Source: Candidatus Pacearchaeota archaeon
Lineage (GTDB): Archaea; Nanobdellota; Nanobdellia; Pacearchaeales; GW2011-AR1
Direction of reading: 5' to 3'
DNA length: 29,283 nucleotides
Assembly: GCA_017608985.1 (NCBI GenBank)
Contig: JAFCEV010000001.1
Span: forward strand, 1-29,283
Shown: piece after piece, positions 15,557 to 24,804 of the stretch
How the letters are laid out: every line of letters starts with the position of its first letter
Position numbering within the stretch: the first letter of the stretch is position 1
Notes under the pieces: model-generated
What the model saw: the letters and a program-made list of their open reading frames with translations, nothing else
What the model was told of the DNA's origin: nothing
Databases searched by the model: none
Program-made: the position numbers and the translations under genes

Positions 15557-16271
15557 AATGTTATACCTTATCGGCTTAGGACTGAATATTGACGGAATTT
15601 CAAAATTTGGATTAGCTGTTGCTAAAAAGTGCAAGAGAATTTATCTTGAAAATTATACTGTGGATTTTCCTTATACCAAACACCAATTAGAAGAAGTTAT
15701 AGGTAAAAAGATAATTGATGCTGACAGGGATTTTATTGAGGGATTGGAAATTATTGATGAAGCAGAAAAATTAGATGTTGCTCTTCTTGTTTATGGAAGT
15801 CCGCTCACTGCTACTACACATATTACTCTTTTGCAAGAAGCAAAGAAATCTGGAATAAGAACAAAAATTATTTACAATGCTTCTATTTTTGATGCTGTTG
15901 CTGAAACAGGTTTGCAGTTATATAAATTTGGGAAAATAACCTCAATGCCTGCATTTAAAAAAAATTACGAGCCCGATAGTTTTATGAAAACTGTGCAGGA
16001 AAATATGTCCATGAAAGCACACAGCCTCATTCTTACTGATATTGGATTAGAATTTCAGGACGCTCTAAAACAGCTTGAAAAATCTGCTGAAAAATATGAC
16101 ATTAAATTAAACAAAATAATTGTCTGTTCTCAATTAGGAACTCAAAATAGAAAAATAATTCATAAAACAATTGAAGAATTAAAAGAATATGAAAACATCA
16201 AAAAACCTTATTGCCTGATTATTCCAAGCAAACTGCACTTTGTTGAGAAAGAAGTTTTGGAGGGGTTTTAA
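15549..16271 (+). CDS. dph5: Diphthine synthase; likely start ATG 15558
   Basis: MLYLIGLGL, IYLENYT, LLVYGSPLTATTH, NASIFDAV.ETGLQLYKFGK, HSLILTDI. Confidence 0.93.
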   Translation: MIKMLYLIGLGLNIDGISKFGLAVAKKCKRIYLENYTVDFPYTKHQLEEVIGKKIIDADRDFIEGLEIIDEAEKLDVALLVYGSPLTATTHITLLQEAKKSGIRTKIIYNASIFDAVAETGLQLYKFGKITSMPAFKKNYEPDSFMKTVQENMSMKAHSLILTDIGLEFQDALKQLEKSAEKYDIKLNKIIVCSQLGTQNRKIIHKTIEELKEYENIKKPYCLIIPSKLHFVEKEVLEGF

Positions 16272-16474
16272 TCATTTTTATTTTTCTCAAACATTTCTTT
16301 ATATGATTCTTCTTTAGCTTTATTAATGTCAGGATCAACATAATCTATTTCATGCATATTACACCAAATTCTATCATAAAGATTATCCATTAAATGTCGT
16401 CTGAATTGAATTGTCTGCTCAGGAGACAAAGCACTTATTTTCTCTTCAATATCTGCCATATCTCTGTAATACAT
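16268..16474 (-). CDS. Hypothetical protein (68 aa)
   Basis: ORF track; fills the gap between dph5 and ileS; no family recognised. Confidence 0.5.
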   Translation of the reverse strand: MYYRDMADIEEKISALSPEQTIQFRRHLMDNLYDRIWCNMHEIDYVDPDINKAKEESYKEMFEKNKND

Positions 16475-16499
16475 AATGAATTTTTAAAGATTTATATTT

Positions 16500-19394
16500 T
16501 TGAATATCTTTAAAAATATTGGATTCTATTTGTTTTGTATGTATAATTTCAAAGAAACAGAAAAAAAGATATTCAAATTTTGGCAGAAGAAAAAAATAAT
16601 TGATAAAATAAGAAAAAGAAACAAAGGAAAAAAGAAATTTTATTTTTTAGATGGTCCTCCTTATACTTCTGGAAGAATCCATATGGGAACTGCATGGAAC
16701 CAGGTTTTGAAAGATGAGGTTTTGAGATACAAGCGAATGAGAGGATTTGATGTCTGGGACAGAGGAGGATATGATATGCATGGATTACCCACAGCCCATG
16801 AAATTCAAAAAAAATTCAATCTCAAAGACAAAAAAGAAATAGAAAAATTCGGAATAGACAGATTTGTTAAAGAATGTAAAAAATTTGCATTAGAAATGAT
16901 GCATCAGATGAACAGAGATTTTGATAAATTGGCTGTTTCTCTAGATCATGTAAATCCTTATATGCCAGTAGAAAACGAATATATGGAAGGAGAATGGTGG
17001 CTGATTAAAAAAGCTCATGAAGCAAACAGATTATATTTAGGAAAAAAAGTTATGACCTGGTGCCCAAAATGTGAAACTGCTTTAGCTAAACATGAACTGG
17101 AATATAAAAATGTGCAAGATAAATCCATCTTTGCCAAATTTAAAGTTGAAGGAAAACCTAATGAATATCTAATAATCTGGACAACAACTCCCTGGACAAT
17201 TGCATATAATTTGGGAGTAATGGTTAATCCAGAACTAAAATATATAAAAGCAAAAGTTGGGGATGAAAAATGGATATTAGCAAAGGAATTGGCTGAATCA
17301 GTGATGCAATTAATAAATAATAAATTAGAGATTTTAGAAGAATTTAAAGGTAAAAAATTAGAAGGATTAAGATATGTTCATCCTTTTTATGATAGTTTAA
17401 AATCTGAATATGAAGATATAAAAAAGAAATCAAAAAAAGCATTTACAGTTGTTTTGTCAAAAGAATATGTAGACACCGATGCAGGAACAGGATTGGTTCA
17501 TATGGCTCCTGGATGTGGGCCAGAAGATTATGAAGTAGGAAGAGAAAATGAAATTCCTCCTTTTAACAATCTGACAGAAAAAGGAAATTATCCCAAGGAA
17601 ATGGGGGAATTTTCAGGTTTAAATGCATTGGAAGACAATGAAAAATTTATAGAAGCTTTGGATAAAAGAAAAGCTTTGGTTGCTTCTGCAAAAGTAGAGC
17701 ATGATTATGCACATTGCTGGAGATGCAAGTCTCCAATTATTTTTAGAACAACAAACCAATGGTTTTTCAAAATAGAAGATTTAATCTCAAAAATGCTAAA
17801 GCAAAGCGAAGACATAAAATATATTCCAAAAGAAATAAAAGAAAGATACCAATTATGGATTAAAAATTTAAAAGATAATTCCATAACAAGGCAAAGATAT
17901 TGGGGAACCCCATTACCAATATGGAGATGCGCCTCCTGTAAAGATTATAGGGTTATAGGTTCAATTGCAGAATTAAAGAAACTTGCAGGAAAACTTCCAA
18001 AAGATTTGCATCGTCCAGGAATTGACAGAATAAAAATCAAATGCAAATGCGGAAAAGAAATGAAAAGGGTTCCTGACATAATTGATGTCTGGGTTGATTC
18101 AGGTGTTGCTTCCTGGAATTGTTTATATTATCCCAAAAAGAAAGAATATATGAAAAAATTCTGGCCAGCAGATTTAATTCTCGAAGCTACAGAACAAACA
18201 AGGCTCTGGTTTTATATGCTTCAGTTGGTTTCAAACATTGTTTTTGGAAAAAATTGCTACAAAGCCATGTACACTCACGGAATGCTGAGAGATTTTGAAG
18301 GTGTCAAAATGAGTAAAAGCTTGGGAAATATAATTTCTCCTGATGAAGTTTTAAATAAATATGGGGTGGATACCATGAGATTATATACCATAACCACAAG
18401 AGCAGGAGATGATATGAATTTTTCATGGGAAGAGATTAAATTAAAATATAGGGAACTTAACATTTTAATTAATACTACTAATTATCTTGTGAATTATCTT
18501 GATAAATCCCCTAAAAACTTACCAAAAAATTTAGAATTAGAAGATAAATGGATTTTATCAAAATTGAATTCAACAATTAAAGAAGTCACAAAACTATTGG
18601 ATGATTATAGGTTGGATGTGGCTCCGCAATTAATAGAACAATTATTCCTAGATTTGAGCAGAAAGTATATTCAGTTTACCAGAGAAAGAAACAATGATGA
18701 AGTTTTCAAAATAATCTTTGAAGTTCTCTTTAATATTCTGAAAATGTTTTCAATAACCTGTCCATATATAAGTGAAGAGTTATATCAAAAATTAAAAGAA
18801 AAATATAAATTGAAAAAAGAAAGTATTCATGAATTTTCCTGGCCAAAAGCAAATGAAAGATTTATTGACAAGAAATTAGAGAAAGATATGGAATTAACTC
18901 TGAAGATTATCGAAGCAGGACTTGCTGTCAGGGATAAAGCAGGAATTGGATTAAAATGGCCTTTACAAACTGCAACAATAAATTATTATAAATCTCTTAA
19001 TAAAAAATTTATTGAGATTATTAAAAGACAGCTCAATATTAAGGAAATAGAATATCTCGTCGGAACTCTGGCAGGAAAAAAAGAGGAAATTTCTGTGAAG
19101 TTTGATACAAAACTTACTCCTGAACTTGAGGCGGAGGGCTATGCCCGAGAAATGTCAAGGCAGGTTCAGGAATTCAGAAAAAAGATAGGATTAAACAAAA
19201 AAGATAGAATAAATTTAGCGATAGTTACCGACGACAAATTCAAAAAAATACTGGAAAAAAAGCAAAAGCTTATAAAAGAAAGAACAAACTTAAAAAAACT
19301 TGAAATTGTTACAACTGAAAAGGAAAGATTTAAAAATAAAATTGATTTTAAAATAAAAGATAAAAGAGGGAAAATTGAGATTATTGACTACTAA
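16500..19394 (+). CDS. ileS: Isoleucyl-tRNA synthetase; likely start ATG 16539
   Basis: FLDGPPY, HMGTA (HIGH), GYDMHGLP, WTTTPWT, DAGTGLVHMAP, RQRYWG, KMSKSLGN. Confidence 0.95.
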   Translation: MNIFKNIGFYLFCMYNFKETEKKIFKFWQKKKIIDKIRKRNKGKKKFYFLDGPPYTSGRIHMGTAWNQVLKDEVLRYKRMRGFDVWDRGGYDMHGLPTAHEIQKKFNLKDKKEIEKFGIDRFVKECKKFALEMMHQMNRDFDKLAVSLDHVNPYMPVENEYMEGEWWLIKKAHEANRLYLGKKVMTWCPKCETALAKHELEYKNVQDKSIFAKFKVEGKPNEYLIIWTTTPWTIAYNLGVMVNPELKYIKAKVGDEKWILAKELAESVMQLINNKLEILEEFKGKKLEGLRYVHPFYDSLKSEYEDIKKKSKKAFTVVLSKEYVDTDAGTGLVHMAPGCGPEDYEVGRENEIPPFNNLTEKGNYPKEMGEFSGLNALEDNEKFIEALDKRKALVASAKVEHDYAHCWRCKSPIIFRTTNQWFFKIEDLISKMLKQSEDIKYIPKEIKERYQLWIKNLKDNSITRQRYWGTPLPIWRCASCKDYRVIGSIAELKKLAGKLPKDLHRPGIDRIKIKCKCGKEMKRVPDIIDVWVDSGVASWNCLYYPKKKEYMKKFWPADLILEATEQTRLWFYMLQLVSNIVFGKNCYKAMYTHGMLRDFEGVKMSKSLGNIISPDEVLNKYGVDTMRLYTITTRAGDDMNFSWEEIKLKYRELNILINTTNYLVNYLDKSPKNLPKNLELEDKWILSKLNSTIKEVTKLLDDYRLDVAPQLIEQLFLDLSRKYIQFTRERNNDEVFKIIFEVLFNILKMFSITCPYISEELYQKLKEKYKLKKESIHEFSWPKANERFIDKKLEKDMELTLKIIEAGLAVRDKAGIGLKWPLQTATINYYKSLNKKFIEIIKRQLNIKEIEYLVGTLAGKKEEISVKFDTKLTPELEAEGYAREMSRQVQEFRKKIGLNKKDRINLAIVTDDKFKKILEKKQKLIKERTNLKKLEIVTTEKERFKNKIDFKIKDKRGKIEIIDY

Positions 19395-19396
19395 TA

Positions 19397-19416
19397 AGTA
19401 ATCTTATAAGGTTACT
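19397..19416. promoter_or_regulatory. Near-perfect 20-bp palindrome AGTAATCTTATAAGGTTACT upstream of trmB (candidate operator)
   Basis: 9 of 10 positions symmetric; TATA-like CTTTAAAA about 15-20 nt downstream. Confidence 0.5.
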
Positions 19417-19462
19417 CTTTTATCATAATAATCTTTAAAAACAAAAATAAGCTAATAAAAAC

Positions 19463-20269
19463 ATGATAGTAAAAGAAGAATTTTTGAGCAGGTTGAGAAA
19501 AATCTTTGATTTGAATCTGTATGAGGTACGGGTTTGGACTGCTCTGCTCTCGCGAGGAACATCAACAGCAGGAGAACTAAGCAATATTTCTGATGTTCCG
19601 CGTTCAAGAACCTATGATATTTTAGAAAGCTTAGAAAAAAAAGGATTTATTATTATGAGGCTAGGAAAGCCTATTAAATTTATAGCATTAAAACCTGAAG
19701 AAGTTGTTGAGAGAGTAAAGAAAAATCTTATAAAAGATGCAAAGGAAAAAAGCCAAAGACTGGAATCATTAAAAGAAGATGAGGTCTTAGAAGAATTAAA
19801 TATGCTTTTCACAAAAGGGATTAAATTTGTTGAACCTTCTGATTTATCCGGGAGTCTGAGAGGAAGACAGAATCTTTACAACCATTTGGACATGATGGTA
19901 AGAGATGCTGAACAAACAATTACAATTGTTACAACAGAAGAAGGACTTAACAGAAAACTTGAAGCTCTAATGCCAAGCTTGGAAAAATGCAAAAAGAGAG
20001 GGGTTAAAATTAGAATTGCTGCTCCTATTGATAAAAACAATCTTAAAGTTGCAAGAGAATTAAAAAAAGTTGCCGAGGTCAGAAGTCTAGAAAAGTTAAA
20101 AGCAAGATTTGTAATTATTGATTCCAATCAGCTAATGTTCATGCTTTTAGATGATAAAAAATTCCACCAGAATTATGATGTGGGAATCTGGATAAATACA
20201 GAATTCTTTGCACAAGCTCTCGAACAAATGTTTGAACTTGCTTGGAAAGAGATGAAAGCTGTAAGATAA
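19463..20269 (+). CDS. trmB: TrmB-family transcription regulator / chromatin protein
   Basis: wHTH LNLYEVRVWTALL...TAGELS.ISDVPRSRTYDILESLEKKG plus C-terminal PLD-like fold. Confidence 0.9.
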   Translation: MIVKEEFLSRLRKIFDLNLYEVRVWTALLSRGTSTAGELSNISDVPRSRTYDILESLEKKGFIIMRLGKPIKFIALKPEEVVERVKKNLIKDAKEKSQRLESLKEDEVLEELNMLFTKGIKFVEPSDLSGSLRGRQNLYNHLDMMVRDAEQTITIVTTEEGLNRKLEALMPSLEKCKKRGVKIRIAAPIDKNNLKVARELKKVAEVRSLEKLKARFVIIDSNQLMFMLLDDKKFHQNYDVGIWINTEFFAQALEQMFELAWKEMKAVR

Positions 20270-20271
20270 AA

Positions 20272-20617
20272 AGGGGTTGGAAAAATTGGAGTTATATCAC
20301 AAAAGGAATTATAATTCGAGAGATTATTTGGTTGGTTCTTTTATTTTTTAACAATAATTAGAAGTTTTTTTCCTTGCGAGATATCTTTGACAAAATAGAT
20401 ATGGATAGGTTTTACTGCATTGCTTCATTTTGAGGAAATAATTTTCTTTATTTCTCTAATAATTAATTTACCAGTTTTTTTATTAGGAGTTAATCCTTTT
20501 TATAGGACAGGGGGTCCTGCATTCTTATTTTATTATATGTTTAGTTTTATTTGGCTTGGAGTTTTAGGGGGAATTGTTTGGTGGATAATTGGAAAGATAA
20601 AAAAAGAAATAAATTAA
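20272..20617 (+). pseudogene. Degraded membrane-protein gene
   Basis: Reads (R)GWKNWSYITKGIII..IIWLVLL, shifts frame in a T-run near 20345, hits an in-frame TAG near 20395, then continues into track ORF 20420..20617. Confidence 0.45.
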
Positions 20618-20785
20618 AAGAGGTTGATATATGAAAATTTCATAAAAAAATTAAAAATGGACATGCATGATTTCTAATAACTGTTTAGAGTGGTTTGCAT
20701 TGAATACATACTGCCTTAAGAGAGTTTGACTTTGTTACAAATAAAATTCTTTAGATTTTAAAAATAAAAAATAGTTAAAAATAAA

Positions 20786-20986
20786 TTAGAATTTAAGTAT
20801 AGCCAATATCACTCCCAAAAGTGTTGTAACTATCACAACCCAACCTGCGATTACATTGACTACTCCTATGTAAGGAACGCTCAATGTTCCACCAATCAGG
20901 CCGAATCCTACAGCCAAGGATACAATTACTCCTGTCAGCCATACAACAAAGTTTAAGACCTTAGATCCTTTTTTTGCCATTTCCAC
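20786..20986 (-). CDS. Small two-TM membrane protein (~64 aa; likely start MAKKGSK)
   Basis: Two hydrophobic helices; GGAGGTGG RBS upstream. Confidence 0.8.
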   Translation of the reverse strand: MEMAKKGSKVLNFVVWLTGVIVSLAVGFGLIGGTLSVPYIGVVNVIAGWVVIVTTLLGVILAILKF

Positions 20987-21045
20987 CTCCTTTTTTATTT
21001 AATTATATAAATTTTAAAAAGAAAAACACTTTAAATAAGTTTTGA

Positions 21046-21453
21046 TTATCTCTTCTTCGTTGTTTTTCTTTTTTTCTTAGTTTTTTTCTTTGTAGTCTTT
21101 TTTCTTTTCTTCTTTTTTTCTCCTCCAGTAATTCCTGAAAGTGTCGCTTTATATTTTATCGGAGCCTGAGCAGATACAAGATTTATCTCTCTGTTTGAAA
21201 TTCTCTTTGCCAACCTTATTATATCTTTTATTGCTTTATCCAGTCTCTGAAGTTCTTTGTTGGTTTTTTTCACAGAAGCCATAAGCGCTCTTTGGGAGAT
21301 TTTCCCGAAGAAAAATCTTTTGCACTCTGCATCAAACTCATCCAGCAATGCCTGCTTTTCATCCTGTCTTGCACGAATAAGCTCCCCCGCAGTCGTAAGT
21401 TCTTTCTGCATCTTCACAAAAAAAGACTCATTCATCTTTTTTGTCTGTACCAT
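21046..21453 (-). CDS. Hypothetical coiled-coil protein with a Lys/Thr-rich basic tail
   Basis: Ends KKKKRKKTTKKKTKKKRKTTKKR. Confidence 0.75.
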   Translation of the reverse strand: MVQTKKMNESFFVKMQKELTTAGELIRARQDEKQALLDEFDAECKRFFFGKISQRALMASVKKTNKELQRLDKAIKDIIRLAKRISNREINLVSAQAPIKYKATLSGITGGEKKKKRKKTTKKKTKKKRKTTKKR

Positions 21454-21567
21454 CTTTTTAAATTTATAATTTCACTTCAGAATTATTTTCTTAAAATTCC
21501 TGGCGAAATTATTTACCTCTTTATTTAATTAAAAATATAAAAGAAATTCCCTTTAAATAATTTTTTG

Positions 21568-23256
21568 TTACATCTCCTCAAGAAGTTCTATTCCTAAAAG
21601 ATGAGAAGCATTTTTCAAAACCTGCCTGAAAGCAGCAATAAGAGCAAGCCTGAAAGATTCTTCTTTTGAACCAATAACAGGGCAAGCATGGTAAAATTCA
21701 TTGAATAATTGGGATATTTTGTGACAGTAGTTAGCAATTACAGACGGATTCAGACTTTTATAGGCATCCAGAACTATTTCCTGAAACTGCAGAAGTTTTT
21801 TTATCAGTTCTATCTCCTGCGGCTGTAATTCATAAACTTCAAATTTATCCTGATTTTTTGTTTTTTTCAGAATAGAGCCTGCTCTTGCATAACTATACTG
21901 AATATAAGGACCTGTATCTCCCTCAAAAGAAACAAATCTTTTTATATCAAAAACCATATTATTGCTTCTGTTGTTTTTTAAATCTCCATAAAAAATTGCA
22001 GCGATTGCTATTTTCAGCGCTCTCTTTTCCAATTCCTTTCTGCTTATGCTTGGAGCTCTCTTGACTATTTCTTTTTTTGCAAGAGAAATAGTCTCATCTA
22101 AAATATCTCTCATGAAAAAAGTTTTTCCTTTTCTTGTTGCAAATCTTTTTCCGTCTTTCCCAAGATAAAGCCCATGCTCGACATGGATACAATCCTTTGC
22201 CCAGTCATAACCCATTAGTTCAAGAATTCTAAAAATCTGTTTAAAATATAACTTCTGTTCCTGCCCAACTTCATAAATCATTTTTTCAAATTTATATTTT
22301 TTGTATCTGTCAATTGCAGAAGCCAAATCCCTTGTAGCATAAAGTGTTGCCTTGTCGCTTTTTTCAATTAAACATACTCCAAGCCCTTCTTTTTTCAAAT
22401 CAACGATTTTTGCCCCTTTGCTTTTTTTCAGAAGTTTCTTTTCTTCCAGTTCCTGAATAACATTTTTCATTTTTTTATTATACATAGATTCTCCAAGATA
22501 AACATCAAATTTGATTCCGAGTGTATTATAAATTTTTTCAAACTCCTCCATACTTATTTCTTTAAATAATCGCCACAGCATTAAAGCCTTCTTGTCTCCT
22601 GCCTCGAGTTTTCTGAACTCTTCCCGTGATTTTTTTTCGTAAATTTTTTTGTTTGCCTTTATATAAATTTCTAGAAGATGTTTTACAGGATTTTTCTGAA
22701 GTTTTTTTTCACTTCCGAATTTATTATATCCCAAAAGAAGTTTTCCAAACTGGGTTCCCCAGTCTCCGAGATAATTTACCCTTATAACTTTGAATCCCAA
22801 AAATTCACAAATATTTGCTATTGAGTTACCTATAATTGTAGAACGAAGGTGTCCTATGCCAAAGGGTTTTGCTATATTAGGTGAGGAAAATTCCACCAGT
22901 ATTTTTTTCTTTTTCCCAAAATCTGTCTTTCCATAATTTTTTTTATAAGTCAGAGCTTCCCAAACCAGCTTTTTTGCGAGAGTTTTCCTGTTGAAGTAAA
23001 AATTTATATAAGGACCTGCTGTCTGAATGTCCTCAAAATCTGTTGCAGGAGGAGTTCCAATTTCCTCCCTCAATTCCAGTGCAATCTGATCTGGTTCTTG
23101 TTTTAATTTTTCAGCAAGAAAAAAACATGGAAAAGCATAATCTCCAAAATCAGCAGAAGGAGGAATTTCCAAAAGATTTTCTATCTCTTCATCCTTTAAC
23201 TTTACTCTCTTTTTCTTAAGTGCCTTTTTTATTAATTTAACCACCAGTTTTTTCAT
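21568..23256 (-). CDS. argS: Arginyl-tRNA synthetase
   Basis: GDYAFPCF, GPYINF, VEFSSPNIAKPFGIGHLRSTIIG, LGDWGTQFG, FEGDTGPYIQY, C-terminal LLGI..LEEM. Confidence 0.96.
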   Translation of the reverse strand: MKKLVVKLIKKALKKKRVKLKDEEIENLLEIPPSADFGDYAFPCFFLAEKLKQEPDQIALELREEIGTPPATDFEDIQTAGPYINFYFNRKTLAKKLVWEALTYKKNYGKTDFGKKKKILVEFSSPNIAKPFGIGHLRSTIIGNSIANICEFLGFKVIRVNYLGDWGTQFGKLLLGYNKFGSEKKLQKNPVKHLLEIYIKANKKIYEKKSREEFRKLEAGDKKALMLWRLFKEISMEEFEKIYNTLGIKFDVYLGESMYNKKMKNVIQELEEKKLLKKSKGAKIVDLKKEGLGVCLIEKSDKATLYATRDLASAIDRYKKYKFEKMIYEVGQEQKLYFKQIFRILELMGYDWAKDCIHVEHGLYLGKDGKRFATRKGKTFFMRDILDETISLAKKEIVKRAPSISRKELEKRALKIAIAAIFYGDLKNNRSNNMVFDIKRFVSFEGDTGPYIQYSYARAGSILKKTKNQDKFEVYELQPQEIELIKKLLQFQEIVLDAYKSLNPSVIANYCHKISQLFNEFYHACPVIGSKEESFRLALIAAFRQVLKNASHLLGIELLEEM

Positions 23257-23306
23257 GAAATAAGTAAATAAAAAAGATTAATAAATGTTGTTCTCTATGG
23301 ATTAAA

Positions 23307-24206
23307 ATGGAAAAATACGACTTAATAATAATAGGAGCAGGACCTGCCGGTCTGACTGCTGCACTTTATGCTTCAAGATACAAAATGAATTTTATAATTA
23401 TTGGTAAAATTCCAGGAGGATTGACAAATGAAGCTTCTAAAATTTGCAATTTTCCTTCTTATGATAAAATATCTGGGATAGAATTAATGAAAAGATTTAT
23501 AGAACCTGTGAAAAAATTAGGAGTTGAGATAAAACAAGAAGAAGTTTTAGATATTAAAAAAAATAAAGAATTTGAGATTGTTACAAATAAGAGCAAATAT
23601 TCTGCTAAAAAAATAATTTTTGCAACAGGAAGTGAAAGAAAAAAATTAGGAATAGCAAAGGAAAAAGAATTTATTGGAAAAGGAATAAGTTATTGTGCAA
23701 CCTGTGACGCTGGTTTTTATAAAAATAAAGTTGTTGGAATTGTCGGAGGAAGTGACGCTGCTCTGACTTCTGCATTGCTCTTGACAAATTTTGCAAGAAC
23801 AGTTTATATAATTTACAGAAAAGAAAGATTTTTCAGAGGTGATAAAATCTGGATTGAAGAAGTCAGGAAAAATAAAAAAATAAAACCTTTGTTTAATTCA
23901 GTTATCACAAAATTAATTGGAAAGGAAAAACTTGAGGCTGTTGAGATTAACAAAGAAAAAAAACTGGAGCTTGACGGGCTTTTTGTGGAAGTGGGCAGTA
24001 CTCCGAATATAGAGCTTGCAGAAGAACTTGGAGTTAAAACAGAAAAACAACAGATTGTCACAGACAAACAGCAAAGAACAAATGTAAAAGGATTTTTTGC
24101 AGCAGGAGACGTGACAAATAATTCCCTGAAGCAGATTATTACTGCATGTGGAGAAGGTGCTGTTGCAGCATACAGTGCATACAGAGAATTAGTGAAAGAG
24201 AAGTAA
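23307..24206 (+). CDS. trxB: Thioredoxin reductase
   Basis: GAGPAG, SYCATCD redox motif, VGIVGGSD, FAAGDVT. Confidence 0.92.
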   Translation: MEKYDLIIIGAGPAGLTAALYASRYKMNFIIIGKIPGGLTNEASKICNFPSYDKISGIELMKRFIEPVKKLGVEIKQEEVLDIKKNKEFEIVTNKSKYSAKKIIFATGSERKKLGIAKEKEFIGKGISYCATCDAGFYKNKVVGIVGGSDAALTSALLLTNFARTVYIIYRKERFFRGDKIWIEEVRKNKKIKPLFNSVITKLIGKEKLEAVEINKEKKLELDGLFVEVGSTPNIELAEELGVKTEKQQIVTDKQQRTNVKGFFAAGDVTNNSLKQIITACGEGAVAAYSAYRELVKEK

Positions 24207-24273
24207 GGTTTTTAAGTGGAATTCTATTTAGATAAACACACTTCAAAAATTAAAGAAAACAAAAATTTTCAAA

Positions 24274-24492
24274 ATGGCAAAAGTAAATAAAGAAAATCTT
24301 GAAAAGGTATTTGACAAAAAAGAATCTCCTAAAATGTCAAAGGAGACAGAAATTGGATTTCATCAGGGTGCACTGAATACACTGATTAATGAAAGAAATG
24401 AATTAATTAAGATGGTTCAGAATGTTGAATCTCTTATGCAGGCACATCTCAAAAGATTAGAAGAACTCGGTATTAAGATAAAAAAAGAATAA
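24274..24492 (+). CDS. Hypothetical coiled-coil protein (72 aa)
   Basis: Clean ORF; no family assigned. Confidence 0.75.
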   Translation: MAKVNKENLEKVFDKKESPKMSKETEIGFHQGALNTLINERNELIKMVQNVESLMQAHLKRLEELGIKIKKE

Positions 24493-24532
24493 TCAGTAAG
24501 ATTTATAACTTCTTCTTGGATTGTTTTTTTAA

Positions 24533-24686
24533 GCAGGGTGTCGGAGGACTCACATACCTGCTCCTATCAGGGGCGATATGGCTGACTCACAAATATGCTT
24601 GACTCACTAGCTCACCCGTTTTAGTTTTGAGGCGAGACTCGTGAACATGCCTGGGGTCAAATAAGTTTTCCCACTCCTCCAAGCAT
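24533..24686 (+). ncRNA. Candidate structured RNA / long leader directly upstream of tRNA-Leu
   Basis: GC-rich island after TATA TTTATAA (24502-24508); helices GCTCCT/AGGGGC, TGGGG/TTCCCA and long-range GGAGGA/TCCTCC; no ORF. Confidence 0.45.
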
Positions 24687-24770
24687 GCGGGGGTGTCGGA
24701 GTGGTCAAACGAGCAGGACTTAAGATCCTGTAGCTTAGTGCTTGCGCAGGTTCGAATCCTGTCCCCCGCA
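24687..24770 (+). tRNA. tRNA-Leu(TAA)
   Basis: Acceptor GCGGGGG/CCCCCGC, A73, anticodon arm CAGGA-CTTAAGA-TCCTG, variable arm, T-loop TTCGAAT. Confidence 0.94.
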
Positions 24771-24804
24771 TAATAAAGAGATTTTATTATGAATTTCTAG
24801 AAAA

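Noticed and set aside
24576-24609. CRISPR array or replication-origin ORB repeats
   Set aside because: Only two adjacent 17-bp units with no spacers; no ORB consensus, and no cas or cdc6 gene in the window.
24533-24686. Identity as SRP RNA, RNase P RNA, 5S rRNA or C/D box sRNA
   Set aside because: Minus-strand CCUGAUAGGAGCAG resembles SRP helix 8 only on the 3' side (no CAGG, no GNRA loop); ACACCCUGCUUA resembles the RNase P 3' motif but has no GAAAGUC partner; 5S and box C consensus sequences are absent.
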